Below are positions 53,402-64,000 of a DNA stretch of 64,000 nucleotides, in pieces (within the stretch, counting starts at the first letter, position 1; every line of letters begins with the position of its first letter). Both the position numbers and the translations under genes were made by a program. Source of the stretch: Octopus vulgaris (Eukaryota); NCBI GenBank assembly GCA_951406725.2, contig OX597823.1, forward strand, positions 74,710,001 to 74,774,000, given 5' to 3'. The notes under the pieces were generated by a model, which saw only the letters and a program-made list of their open reading frames with translations, was not told the DNA's origin and did no database searches.

Positions 53402-54101
53402 GTTAGTTAGTTAGTTAGTTAATTTTTTGGCTCAAAAAGCAAAAAGCAAGGCCTGGAGTTATGTACAGGGTGGTTTTCATGTAAAGAGTTCAGGCCACTT
53501 GAGGTCAAGGGAGACTTTGAACCGAGTGGTCGTCGGCATCTTCACCAAATCGTCTGGCGGCTTATTCCACGGATCCGCAACCCGAACGGAGACATCGGAC
53601 CACGAACCATTAACTTGGACTTGGAAGGAGCGATCTGAGAGGGAGGCACCAACCCATCGTACAATAACCGGATGGAAACTATATGCTTGAAGCTTGACAA
53701 GTAATAGGCGGTGGTATACCGAGTCAAAAGCTTTGAACTAAGTCCAATAAAACGATGTCAACAGCATTACTATCATCGAGGATGCGCGTCACCAATTCTT
53801 CCATTACCAGTAAGTTGGTCAAGCATGATCTCTTCGGCACAAAGCCGTGTTGGGAATCAGGGATAGAGGCTGTGTTTTGGAGGTGGAGCATCATACTTTT
53901 CTTAAGGATGGTTTCCAACATCTTGCTGATTATTGATGTAAGGGAAACCGGTCGGTAGTTAAGCGGGTCTTCGCGGCTCCCTTTCTTGAAAAGTGGGCAG
54001 ATTATCGCTGTTCTCCAGTCCGCAGGTATAACACCCGTCGCCAATGGCATATTCAATAGACGTGTTAAGGGCTCGCAGATAATCGGAGCCAACGCTTTCA
54101 T
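53402..54101 (-). mobile_element. CR1-type LINE fragment, 5'-truncated and internally deleted
   Basis: IPADWRTAIICPLFKKGSREDPLNYRPVSLTSIISKMLE...QHGFVPKRSCLTNLL...VDIVLLDL, then a jump to C-terminal FHVRVADPWNKPP...FKVSLD; (TAAC)n tail at 53402-53421. Confidence 0.9.
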
Positions 54102-54263
54102 AACCCGTTGAATCCAAGAGATAATTTATTAGTATACGATGTTTCCGTTGGTTTACTAATGCTAATTTTCTAAATGCATCTTCAAATTTGGCATTATTGC
54201 AAATCTGATTGATATGACGGAGGATATCTAGTTCATATAACAAAATGTAATCCATTTATATAC

Positions 54264-54410
54264 AGGCGCAGGAGTGGCTGTGTGGTAAGTAGCTTGCTAA
54301 CCAACCACATGGTTCCGGGTTCTTGGGCAAGTGTCTTCTGCTATAGCCCCGGGCCGACCAATGCCTTGTGAGTGGATTTGGTAGACGGAAACTGAAAGAA
54401 GCCTGTCGTA

Positions 54411-54451
<41 letters not shown>

Positions 54452-54666
54452 TTATGTGTCTGTGTTTGTCCCCCTAGCATTGCTTGACAACCGATGCTAG
54501 TGTGTTTACGTCCCCGTCACTTAGCTGTTCGGCAAAAGAGACCGATAGAATAAGTACTGGGCTTACAAAGAATAAGTCCCGGGGTTGATTTGATCGACTA
54601 AAGGTGGTGCTCCAGCATGGCCGCAGTCAAATGACTGAAACAAGTAAAAGAGTAAAAGAGTAAAAG
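54264..54666 (+). mobile_element. SINE family B, near full length
   Basis: Family B head and body with an (AGTAAAAG)n tail; small deletion after GGTTC. Confidence 0.92.
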
Positions 54667-55262
54667 TCATTATTCATACGGAACTGACACACGTAAATGC
54701 AGTTTTCATATGTATATATGTCAGAAGATTTTATAGTCCGACTGGTTTACAGTTGTACATAATTCTTAACACATGACTTCACTGTTTCATGACATAAGGT
54801 AAATACTATACTTTCGTATGTGTATCTTCGATTCCGATATATTTCCGTTTCTGTGAGTTGCTTAGAATTCCAAGGATGGAATTCTACTATTCACAAATAT
54901 CCGCAGCCCACGGAGTAAATATATGGTTTTATTTGAAGTTCAGATTTCAACTGGAATTCTGAAGAATATACATATAAGGGCTATAAATTTCATATCCTGA
55001 GAAACAATTTAGATTCAGCATTCTGTGTTTAGATTCTGTCTTTAGGCGGTGAATACTGTAAAATATCCCCTGTTATGGGATAATTACCCGGAAGAACAAC
55101 CGTACCATGTTTCCTATATAATTTTTCCGTATGCTTAAGGGAACTATTAGGTACTTTTTACATTATTTCATTACAGTTGCCACAGGCTAGAATATTTGAA
55201 GGAAATAACAGCAGTGACATCTGACTTAGCCAATAATTTATTATGCATTATTTTATACATGC

Positions 55263-55322
<60 letters not shown>

Positions 55323-55327
<5 letters not shown>

Positions 55328-55520
55328 ATCCAAACAAGAAAACACAAAAAAAAACACAGCAACGCGAGGACGTAGAACAAATAAAGTATTATTGGACGCT
55401 CAGGAAAGAAGGAGGGTTTAACGTTTCGAGCGGAGCTCTTCGTCGGAAACATAGGAGAGGGAAAGATCCTGAGAAGGGAAGACAGAGGAAAAAAATCGCT
55501 GGCGGTACTCACGAGGTCAC
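55323..55520 (-). mobile_element. Short PLE-like 3'-end insert at (TA)n carrying an HHR motif
   Basis: About 200 bp of unique sequence between (TA)n and a TA/TG-rich tract, containing the HHR in the next feature. Confidence 0.6.
55416..55450 (-). ncRNA. Minimal type-I hammerhead motif (CCGACGA core)
   Basis: Minus strand GTTT-CCGACGA-A-GAGC-TCC-GCTC-GAAA-CG-TT-AAAC: stem I GTTT/AAAC, 4-bp stem II, AACGTT palindrome at stem III. Confidence 0.65.
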
Positions 55521-55628
55521 ATATGTATATGTAAGTATATGTGTATATGTATGTATATATTTATATATGTATGCATATATGTGTGTATATATGTATATAC
55601 GTATGTATGTATGTATCTATCTAGCTAG

Positions 55629-55669
<41 letters not shown>

Positions 55670-56057
55670 CACAAACATACACATACATGCACACATTTAT
55701 ACAATCATGAACACATATATTAATGCGTACCCAATGAACGTATTATACGCCAATCTAGAAGTCAGGTCTCTCATGGTTATTACGTTTGAAAGATCTGGAC
55801 TAGTCGCGAGTCTTCTTTCTTGACAGATAATCCCAACGAGATCTGTAAGAAATATTAGTTATGATTTATTACGCTTGTTTAAGAGAATGGTACAACGCTT
55901 ATTTAAACGAACTGTTGTAGCTCTCAATTCCCACCGAAGACTTTCATATAAATTCATTTTTAATTACATATTCTGGAAAGATTCCATGATTTCCTAATAA
56001 TCATGTTCCATGTAAATTGCGTTATATTTCTATTTACCTCTATTTATCTCTCTGCCT

Positions 56058-56133
<76 letters not shown>

Positions 56134-57814
56134 CCCTAACACGCTCTATGTATGGATATATATATACATACATACATATATAGATGGGTAGATAGAAAAT
56201 GAACACTTGAACATATACGTTATATTTAGGGTGGTATCTAAACAGTGCATCTTAGAAAAACAAACCCTTATACTATAAGTTGAGTATTAAGAGAAAAAAG
56301 GTTTCATAAATGTTCTTATGCATGGTACATTTATATACAACATTTGTAATCATACAGAGATTCATTAGAAAACATTTTGAGTTTTCTCTGCATGAGAATT
56401 TATCGTATTTATTTGTATATAATGCTGTCCCGAATCCATTTACCGACGTTGTTACCGTGTAAGTTTTATCATAATTATTTCCGTTACTACAATGTGGTCG
56501 TAATTAGTGTTTCGATTAGATTTAGGAAAACACTTATCTAAAGCAGCAAAAATTTTCCATCGATCTTGGTTAAAACCTATGACCCATAAATCGGAGTGAA
56601 CCAGAGGATATCCAGATACCTATATCTGTTGTTCGGCTCATTTTATTCGGCGGGTAGTACAGGATTGGAACAATAGTGTGTCTATAAGTTTTCCTTGGTA
56701 ACCATTGACATGACCGATTCCTCCTGGCCTATATTCTCTATTTGAGTGGTCGTAATCGGTGTTAACCATTGCAGTTTACATCTTCTTGGTTAGTATTAAG
56801 ATGCATTTATTCTCTACAACTAGTAGGTGGGTTGTTGGACATTTTTCACATTTGTTATTATTTATGGGATTCATAGGTGCTCTAAATTAGAAGAGTTGGC
56901 GTAAGATACCTTCACGGTTTTCCGATTAAAATAGCTGGATTCCGATTAGATTTAGGAAACTTACAGTTTACATACACTTTATAATAAGAGACGCTTTTAC
57001 GCCTAAAACATTCTTTAAAATATAAATTAGGCATCTATGAACGAAAATCTCCGTATTTGAATGCAATACATTTCATTGTCTGCTGTACACGTAAACGTTC
57101 ATAAATGAACCATACGGAAAAGAGAGTTATACATGTATATTAGGAAGAATATGTACCCTTAAATGCACACAGAGAATGACGACACGTATACAAAAATTAC
57201 AGCGGAGATAGATCATAATTGAGAAGATACTCAAGAAGCACAATAACGCAATATATAACAACCTTCATGATAAACAATTATTAAATATATTATTAAATTT
57301 AGATATTATAGAGTATCTAAAATGTTGTTACGAGTAAGATGTATACCTGTAGACTAATTTTACGGGTAGACATAAAAAAGTCGCCAGTAAGAAAGACACT
57401 GGAATTTTTTGTATCGAAGACCAAGTCTTTGGAAAAGAAATATTGTTCCGGTGGCCTAAATGGATCCAGTTTTATTTCATAAATGAAAATAAAGTTTGTA
57501 TAAACCTTTTGGAGTATATTCAAGTTAAGAGTTTGGACTACATTTATAATATCAAACATTTTATATGAAATACCTCGAATCATTATTCGCAATATTAACT
57601 CCCAAATTCGTTAAATGCGAATTGCACTGGAATATCTGCACAATAGTTTCCATTCATATTATTAGACTGACTATAAATTAAATATAGCTAAACTTAGTTT
57701 TCATTATGTACACCTGAGGAATGTTTGTCGGTGTTTAATGCATTCGAATGTTTGTACACTAATTTATTTGTAACTGCTTGATCATTACTGGTCTACAAAA
57801 AAAAAAACAATATA

Positions 57815-57939
57815 ACAAAGAGGAAGATGACGATTATGATGACGATGATGATGAACATGAAAACCATAATAATAATAATTATAACAACACCAACAACAAT
57901 AAAAATGATAATAATAATAACAATAATAATAATCATAAC

Positions 57940-57975
<36 letters not shown>

Positions 57976-57978
57976 TAA

Positions 57979-58009
<31 letters not shown>

Positions 58010-58010
58010 T
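57815..58010. repeat. Trinucleotide tract (GAT)/(AAC)/(AAT)n switching to (ATT)n
   Basis: Direct inspection; explains the poly-N and poly-I ORFs. Confidence 0.95.
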
Positions 58011-59661
58011 GGAATTATAACATTGATAATAATTTAACAGCAATTAGTATACACACCCAAATAAGGATTGCTATATCTTACGGCCAGTAAAGTAAATTCT
58101 CTCGGCTGTTATTACTTCTTATATCAGCCCACAGCGACTAAAATCCGAAGCTAGATCCTTGTACAATTCGGATTGTGGAGACATAGATTGGCAAAGACAT
58201 ATCATGTTACTGTTACTATATGCTAAACTTCAGCATTTTATAATTATAAGGAATGCATAGTCTTCTTTTGGTTCGGCATACCACATGATTTGATGTCGCT
58301 GTACTACAATGATGAAATAGATAGTATACATAACCATCTTACATTATGTATCTACATGTGTCATCAAAATATAATTCGAAGAAGATTTAGTTATTTTATC
58401 CAGCAGTTACTATAGTTTCGTAGATTTTTCCACAGGACTGGGAGATTAATATTAGAATACTTCTCAAATAAATTGGAGACACTATTTCTGGTTTACAGAA
58501 AAATAGACAGTCCCAGTATTTGATAGATAAATATTTAAATAACTTTGAGAGGAAAAAACATAAGGTTGGTTTAGAACACCGGAGAATGAACGCAAAACAA
58601 TTTGGTTTTTCTATTTCTCTGTTGTTTCGCTGAAGTATAATATAAAGCATCTCTGTTTTATAATAAGAATAAGTATAATCCTTTCTCTTACATGAAATAA
58701 TTTTTCCTGTTACCCGTATATACTATAAAACAGGATATCACTGACTCCATTTTATAAGTATCAATATATTGGAATTTAAAAAAATTTTATTATATATGCT
58801 GTAATACTTTTGTTTTATTTACAATGTTTCACTTTCTTTTACTATTTAAGCGCTAGAAGCGAAAATAACGTATATTGCTAATATTGTTTTATAGAAATGA
58901 AAACAATATATCTAAAACATGTAGACATCTACTACTATTGGATAAAACAAACAAATAGGAACATTTTGCATACAAGGCTATAAATATTTATGGTTCTCGC
59001 AAAAGCTGCCGAATATGAAACAATTTCATTTAGGTTCAGAGAAACGTTTCTTTTAATCCAAATATAGGTAAAAATAAAAAAAAAACCTTCTATCAAAAGC
59101 GGGAATATTGGCAGTAACAACACAGTAACAACATGCAAACAATTTTAATATTATATAGCACTGCAATAAAAGACATGCATATTGTTTGTATATTTATATT
59201 CTAAATGAAAGTTTCTCCTTTTGGATTATTCTGTGTGAAAACTAAATCATATTCTCTTCTCAGTACTTCAGCAAAATAATATTTTACGTTTCAGTTAGGA
59301 TATAACCCGATTGTCGCATTGCATATTCTTGGAAAATCTTGTTAATACGAACATATATCCGTATATTCTTTCACATAAAAATGCTCTTATAACGTGCAAG
59401 CTCTACTTGTACATATACATATACACACACAAATACACATGCACATATTCATTTACAAATGCATGGAAAACCTTTTATTGTAATTCTTTTGTTACGTATT
59501 GGAAAAGAAGAAAGAAAAAATTAGATAACTTAATACTTGTTCATAATATTGTAGAGTATAATTTTCTTTATTTAAATAGAGAGCCTACCGTCAAATGTAC
59601 CAGAAATCACAAGTAGGAAATGCGTACAGAGATGCATACATGAAAACATGCATCACTGATA

Positions 59662-59711
<50 letters not shown>

Positions 59712-60753
59712 ATAGATGCATGCATTAAAATATGCATCACCGATACATATATGTGGGTGTGTGGGTGTATGTGTGTGGGGGGTATACAGAAACATTCACG
59801 CACACACAAACACACACATATGTTGAAAAGTAAAACAAAATATGAAAAGAAACATAGAGATCAAAATATAAAGAATACGGTATTAATATATGTGAGATGA
59901 GGAGATGAAGTTTCGAGTTAATTCAGAAACAAATAGCAATGAAGAGATAGAAAGGAAAGCTGGTACTAGAACGGAATATGCTTGCGTGTAAATTTAAAAC
60001 AAAAACTCTTTGTATGGTACACGAGGATGAATAGTAAAGATAAATAAATTACATTTTTGTTTTCTTTTAGGAGAGCATAGAGTATAAGCGTTTCATTCTA
60101 TTTTCTAGTGTAATTGTCTTTCTTTCAGTAGGAACTCGATAGATCGCAGGACGGAAAGGTATTGCGTTTCGGTGTGTGTGCATGAATGTGTATTCATGTA
60201 ACGTTTACGCAATATTCTAAAACATTCATACGATTATGAGGTTGAATAAATTGTGGAATCGGGAAAAACTGATACACGCGTAGGCTTGTCTGAATCTAAG
60301 GAATATAATCAAACTTTAAATGCAAATAAGTTGTGAGAGGTTGTCAAATATGATATACATTGCAATAAACTGCTCAAAGTGGTGGCAATTAGTTAAACAT
60401 GTTCTGTGAGAGAGTTTACGGTAAGTTAGGAAATATTTATTTGGATCATAATCTCTGAGAATTATGATTGACAAGGATGGAAATGTTGGGATGCTCAATT
60501 TATTTGCTGAAGGTGATTACTTCAACATCTATTGAACCTAGAAAATGTTGAGTGTTCGGACCTTCTCTGAAGGTCTGAACTTCTAAGACAGAAAATAAAC
60601 TGATATGAGGCATTAAAACATATCGCAGAACACGTCTTATATATTAGAATGATATACTAAAGTTGGATTTCATCTGATAGACGTTTTTGTACATGTCCGA
60701 ACCACTTCGAACACAGCATATAATTTTCGCCAATATCAAGGTAATGAAGAGGA

Positions 60754-60803
<50 letters not shown>

Positions 60804-61254
60804 TGTGAGAAGGAGTTTTATGAAATACATACCAGACTGAGTTTTCTTTATATATTTTACACTCAGTCTGTGAAAGAGAACTGAAATCCCATACGAGTCG
60901 TTACACTAAAACGTCCAAACTACATCAGATGCTAATCTATCGCATGATGCATTGTCAGATAATCCGATCAAAAAGTCTCCATAAAATTGAACTTCATGTA
61001 TGGGGTCTTCAATTTGACACTTTTCTTAAACAAACTCTGTTGTTGAACAAAATGATGTAAGTAAATTGTCAAATTTACTGAGATACGATATCAAACGATA
61101 TGTAAAATATGTCGATGAATGTTCAGAGGTAAAGCATTTTTAGCAATGTTTTCGTCTGTAGTTATCATTTAGAAGGGTCTGAAATGTTGCCTAATCAGAT
61201 CACTCTCGATATCAACAGTATCTGAAATATAAAATTTAAATCTGTCTACTGCTA

Positions 61255-61277
61255 TTACAACAACAACAACAACAACA

Positions 61278-61309
<32 letters not shown>

Positions 61310-61326
61310 ACAAGCAATAATAAAAA

Positions 61327-61419
<93 letters not shown>

Positions 61420-61478
61420 TAATAATAATAAAAATAATAATAATAAAAATAATAATAATAAAAATAATAATAATAATA
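61255..61478. repeat. Compound trinucleotide tract (ACA)n(ACT)n-spacer-(AGT)n(AAT)n
   Basis: Direct inspection. Confidence 0.95.
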
Positions 61479-61869
61479 TTTCCAAAAATAACGATATTTC
61501 GTTTACCTGTCAGAAGGAGCACAAAACACATTGCAGAATAATAAAATGAGAAAGAAGGTAAAATGAGAACGAAGGAATTCAAGTAAACGGATGTAAACGA
61601 ACAATTACGATGAAATTCCTCAACAGAGGGACAGCGACCCACGAGTAACTAAGGAACGCAAAAGAATTGGGTGTAACTGGCAATCAAGTGCAACACTGCT
61701 TGCCACCACTCTCCCATTCGTCCGCACTGCAGAATTCAGAGTCCAAGGTTTACGAGAGAATATCCAAGATTCATTTGACTAAATGTTGAAAAAAATGTAA
61801 ATGCAGAAATCATGTAGCAGTTAACAATACTCTATCTTTCCCTCATAAAAATATACTTTCTTTGAATGC

Positions 61870-62245
61870 AGGCGTTTGGAAAGAAATTTGCTTCCTAGAC
61901 GCAATGCGCGGAAACTTGGGAAGATGTCTTCTACTATAGCCTCGTGCCGAACAAAGCCTTGTGAGTAGATTTGGCGGAGGAAAACTGAAAGAAGCCAGTA
62001 ACATATATATGTGTGTGCATGTGCCTGTGTGAGCCTTTGTGTCTGTGTTTGTCTCCCCACCAACCGCTTGATAACCGGTGTTGGTATTTTTAGCCCCAAT
62101 AACTTAGCTGTTCGGCAAATTTGGCAATAGCGACTGATAAAATAAGTTCAAAATATTACTAGGGACGAATCATTCGACAAAAACTTTTAAGGCGGCGCTC
62201 CAGCATGGATGCAGTCTAATGACTGAAGCAAGAAAAGGATAAATG
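61870..62245 (+). mobile_element. SINE family B, diverged
   Basis: TGTCTTCTACTATAGCCTCG...AAACTGAAAGAAGCC...CTCCAGCATGG...ATGACTGAA. Confidence 0.82.
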
Positions 62246-62656
62246 ATATTACAAACGCTGTGTTACGGGTGCCAGGTAACTACAAGCACACTATGAGACA
62301 TACAATGTAAACACATTGAACTATTTAGTAAATCATCGGGGATATAACGAAAAGAGTTAAAAAATAGGAGAAAAGCAAACTAATTTCTAACCTTGCAAAA
62401 AAAAATTAAACAGATGTTTAAATGCTATCCAGTTGAGAAAAACAGTGCCGAAGATAAAATCTGTAAAATTATGGCTTTTTATGTGACGTTACACTGATGG
62501 CAGAAAAATTATAATAGATACAAAGGAAACAAATCGCAACGTTGTTTCAAAATGGCACGTCACAAGGTTTGAACAGGAAATATTGATGACTGTGGCAAAG
62601 AATAAACTCGAACAATTGAGAAATTTTAAGTTGTACTGAAAAAGAAAGCAATAATA

Positions 62657-63075
62657 AGGCGGTGAGCTGGTAGAAACGTCAGTACGCCGGGCGAAATGCA
62701 TGGCCGTATTTCGCCTGCCGCTACGATCTGAGTTCAAATTCCGCCGAGGTCGACTTTCCTTTCATCCTTTCGGTGTCTATAAATTAAGTACCAGTTACGC
62801 ACTGAGGTCGATGTAATCGACTTAATACCTATGTCTGTCCTTGTTTGTTACCTCTATGTTTAGCCCCTTGTGGGTAGTAAAAAATAGGTATTTCGTCTGC
62901 GTTACGTTCTGAGTTCCAATTCCACCGAGGTCAACTTTGTCTTTTAAATCCTTTCGGGACTTTGCCTTTCATCATTTAGGAGGTCGATGAATTACGTATC
63001 AGTTGCGTAATAGGGTCGATCTTATCGACTGGCCCCTCCCCTAAAATTTCGGACCTTGTACCTCGAGTAGAAAAA
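62657..63075 (+). mobile_element. SINE family A, dimeric copy
   Basis: Monomer 1 spans 62657-62886; monomer 2 starts at GGTATTTCGTCTG and ends with the CCCCTCCCCTAAAATTTCGGACCTTGTACCTCGAGTAGAAAA tail. Confidence 0.88.
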
Positions 63076-64000
63076 ATAATGAATTAATTGCAGAAAATAT
63101 GGTAGTTTTGAAGAACTGCGTTGAGTGTAGATTCCCAAGAGTAGACAAGAAACATCTACACTCTTGTTAGAGATAAAAAATTTCATACAGTGGAAATTGG
63201 CTCAGCACAATAAAACAATTCGGAGTATATATAATGTGTTTTATTGTTGTTACAATATTTACAGAGAGAACAATTTAATAGGCTGGATATTCTGAAAAAA
63301 AAAAACCATCCACTAAAACAATTATCATTCGTCGAAGCATATACCAATAAAAAGATAAATACATTCTTCAATAAATGGACAATTTTTACAATGGAAATAG
63401 AGAGAAAATATGAATTTGATAGTAGAAGAAAGCAATACTTTGTAAAAGAGACGACTTTGCAGTTATGCCATTGGAAGCGACTAAACAAATAAATCAAACA
63501 GCACGAGCTGAAAATATGCAAAACCTGCAGAAAGAAGCACTGCTACGTGTTGCACTCATATTGCAAAGAATAATTTTTCTACCGATAGAAAATAGATTAC
63601 AAAACGAAAATAATGTGCATGGAAGGGGATGATCATACGTTTCTGATTTGAGTAAAAGAAATTAGATCAGTTTGAGTAAAAGGAGTCAGGATCAGTTAAT
63701 TATGATTTTATTCAACATATTCCTCTGTCAGATTCACACACTTATAGCAGCAGCCGTTCAGTTTTACGAACTCCTGTAAAAAATACCTTTGGGTTTACTA
63801 TTGTTCAACAAAATAATAGAGACGGAAATGAAAGAGCAACTGGAGATGGAATATTTCTGAAGACTAAGGTTGGTGTTACGCTCAAATCTGGTATCAGATT
63901 TTCACTAGTACACTATCTACTTATTTCTTTGTAGAATCTCTTCTCATCTAATCTCAATAACCTATTCTACGAGGATCACTTCATCCTTTGGTCGTATGTT

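Noticed and set aside
56430-56960. Scattered short repeats (CGATTAGATTTAGGAAA twice, GTGGTCGTAAT twice) as a CRISPR-like array
   Set aside because: Only two copies each with irregular spacing, in a eukaryotic context with no cas genes; probably a decayed tandem duplication.
59620-59750. About 35-bp direct repeat flanking (TA)n
   Set aside because: Consistent with simple slippage duplication; no HHR or inverted structure.

Overview
AT-rich, microsatellite-dense eukaryotic DNA (intronic or intergenic), not prokaryotic. The tRNA-derived SINE families and repeat load suggest an octopus (coleoid cephalopod); that host call is an inference. No intact host gene is visible, only weak candidate micro-exons, and nearly all ORFs in the track are microsatellite or SINE artefacts. 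Recognisable elements: four mariner relics (two share the same internal deletion), a non-autonomous Helitron with a PIF1-helicase remnant, a 5'-truncated RTE-type LINE with an 11-bp TSD, an internally deleted CR1-type LINE, a 5'-truncated Penelope-like element (PLE; RT thumb + GIY-YIG), two MITEs (one a foldback with a TTAGGG-like core) and many SINEs from three families. The most striking signal is a recurring class of short non-coding inserts, mostly embedded in (TA)n tracts, that form fold-back inverted repeats. Several carry minimal type-I hammerhead ribozyme (HHR) motifs from unrelated sequence families: one canonical core (CUGAUGA), three with a U4C core (CCGANGA, including the one in the PLE 3' region) and one with a compensatory U3-A8 core. 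All HHR folds were read by eye and none is experimentally tested. Many SINE and relic boundaries are approximate.
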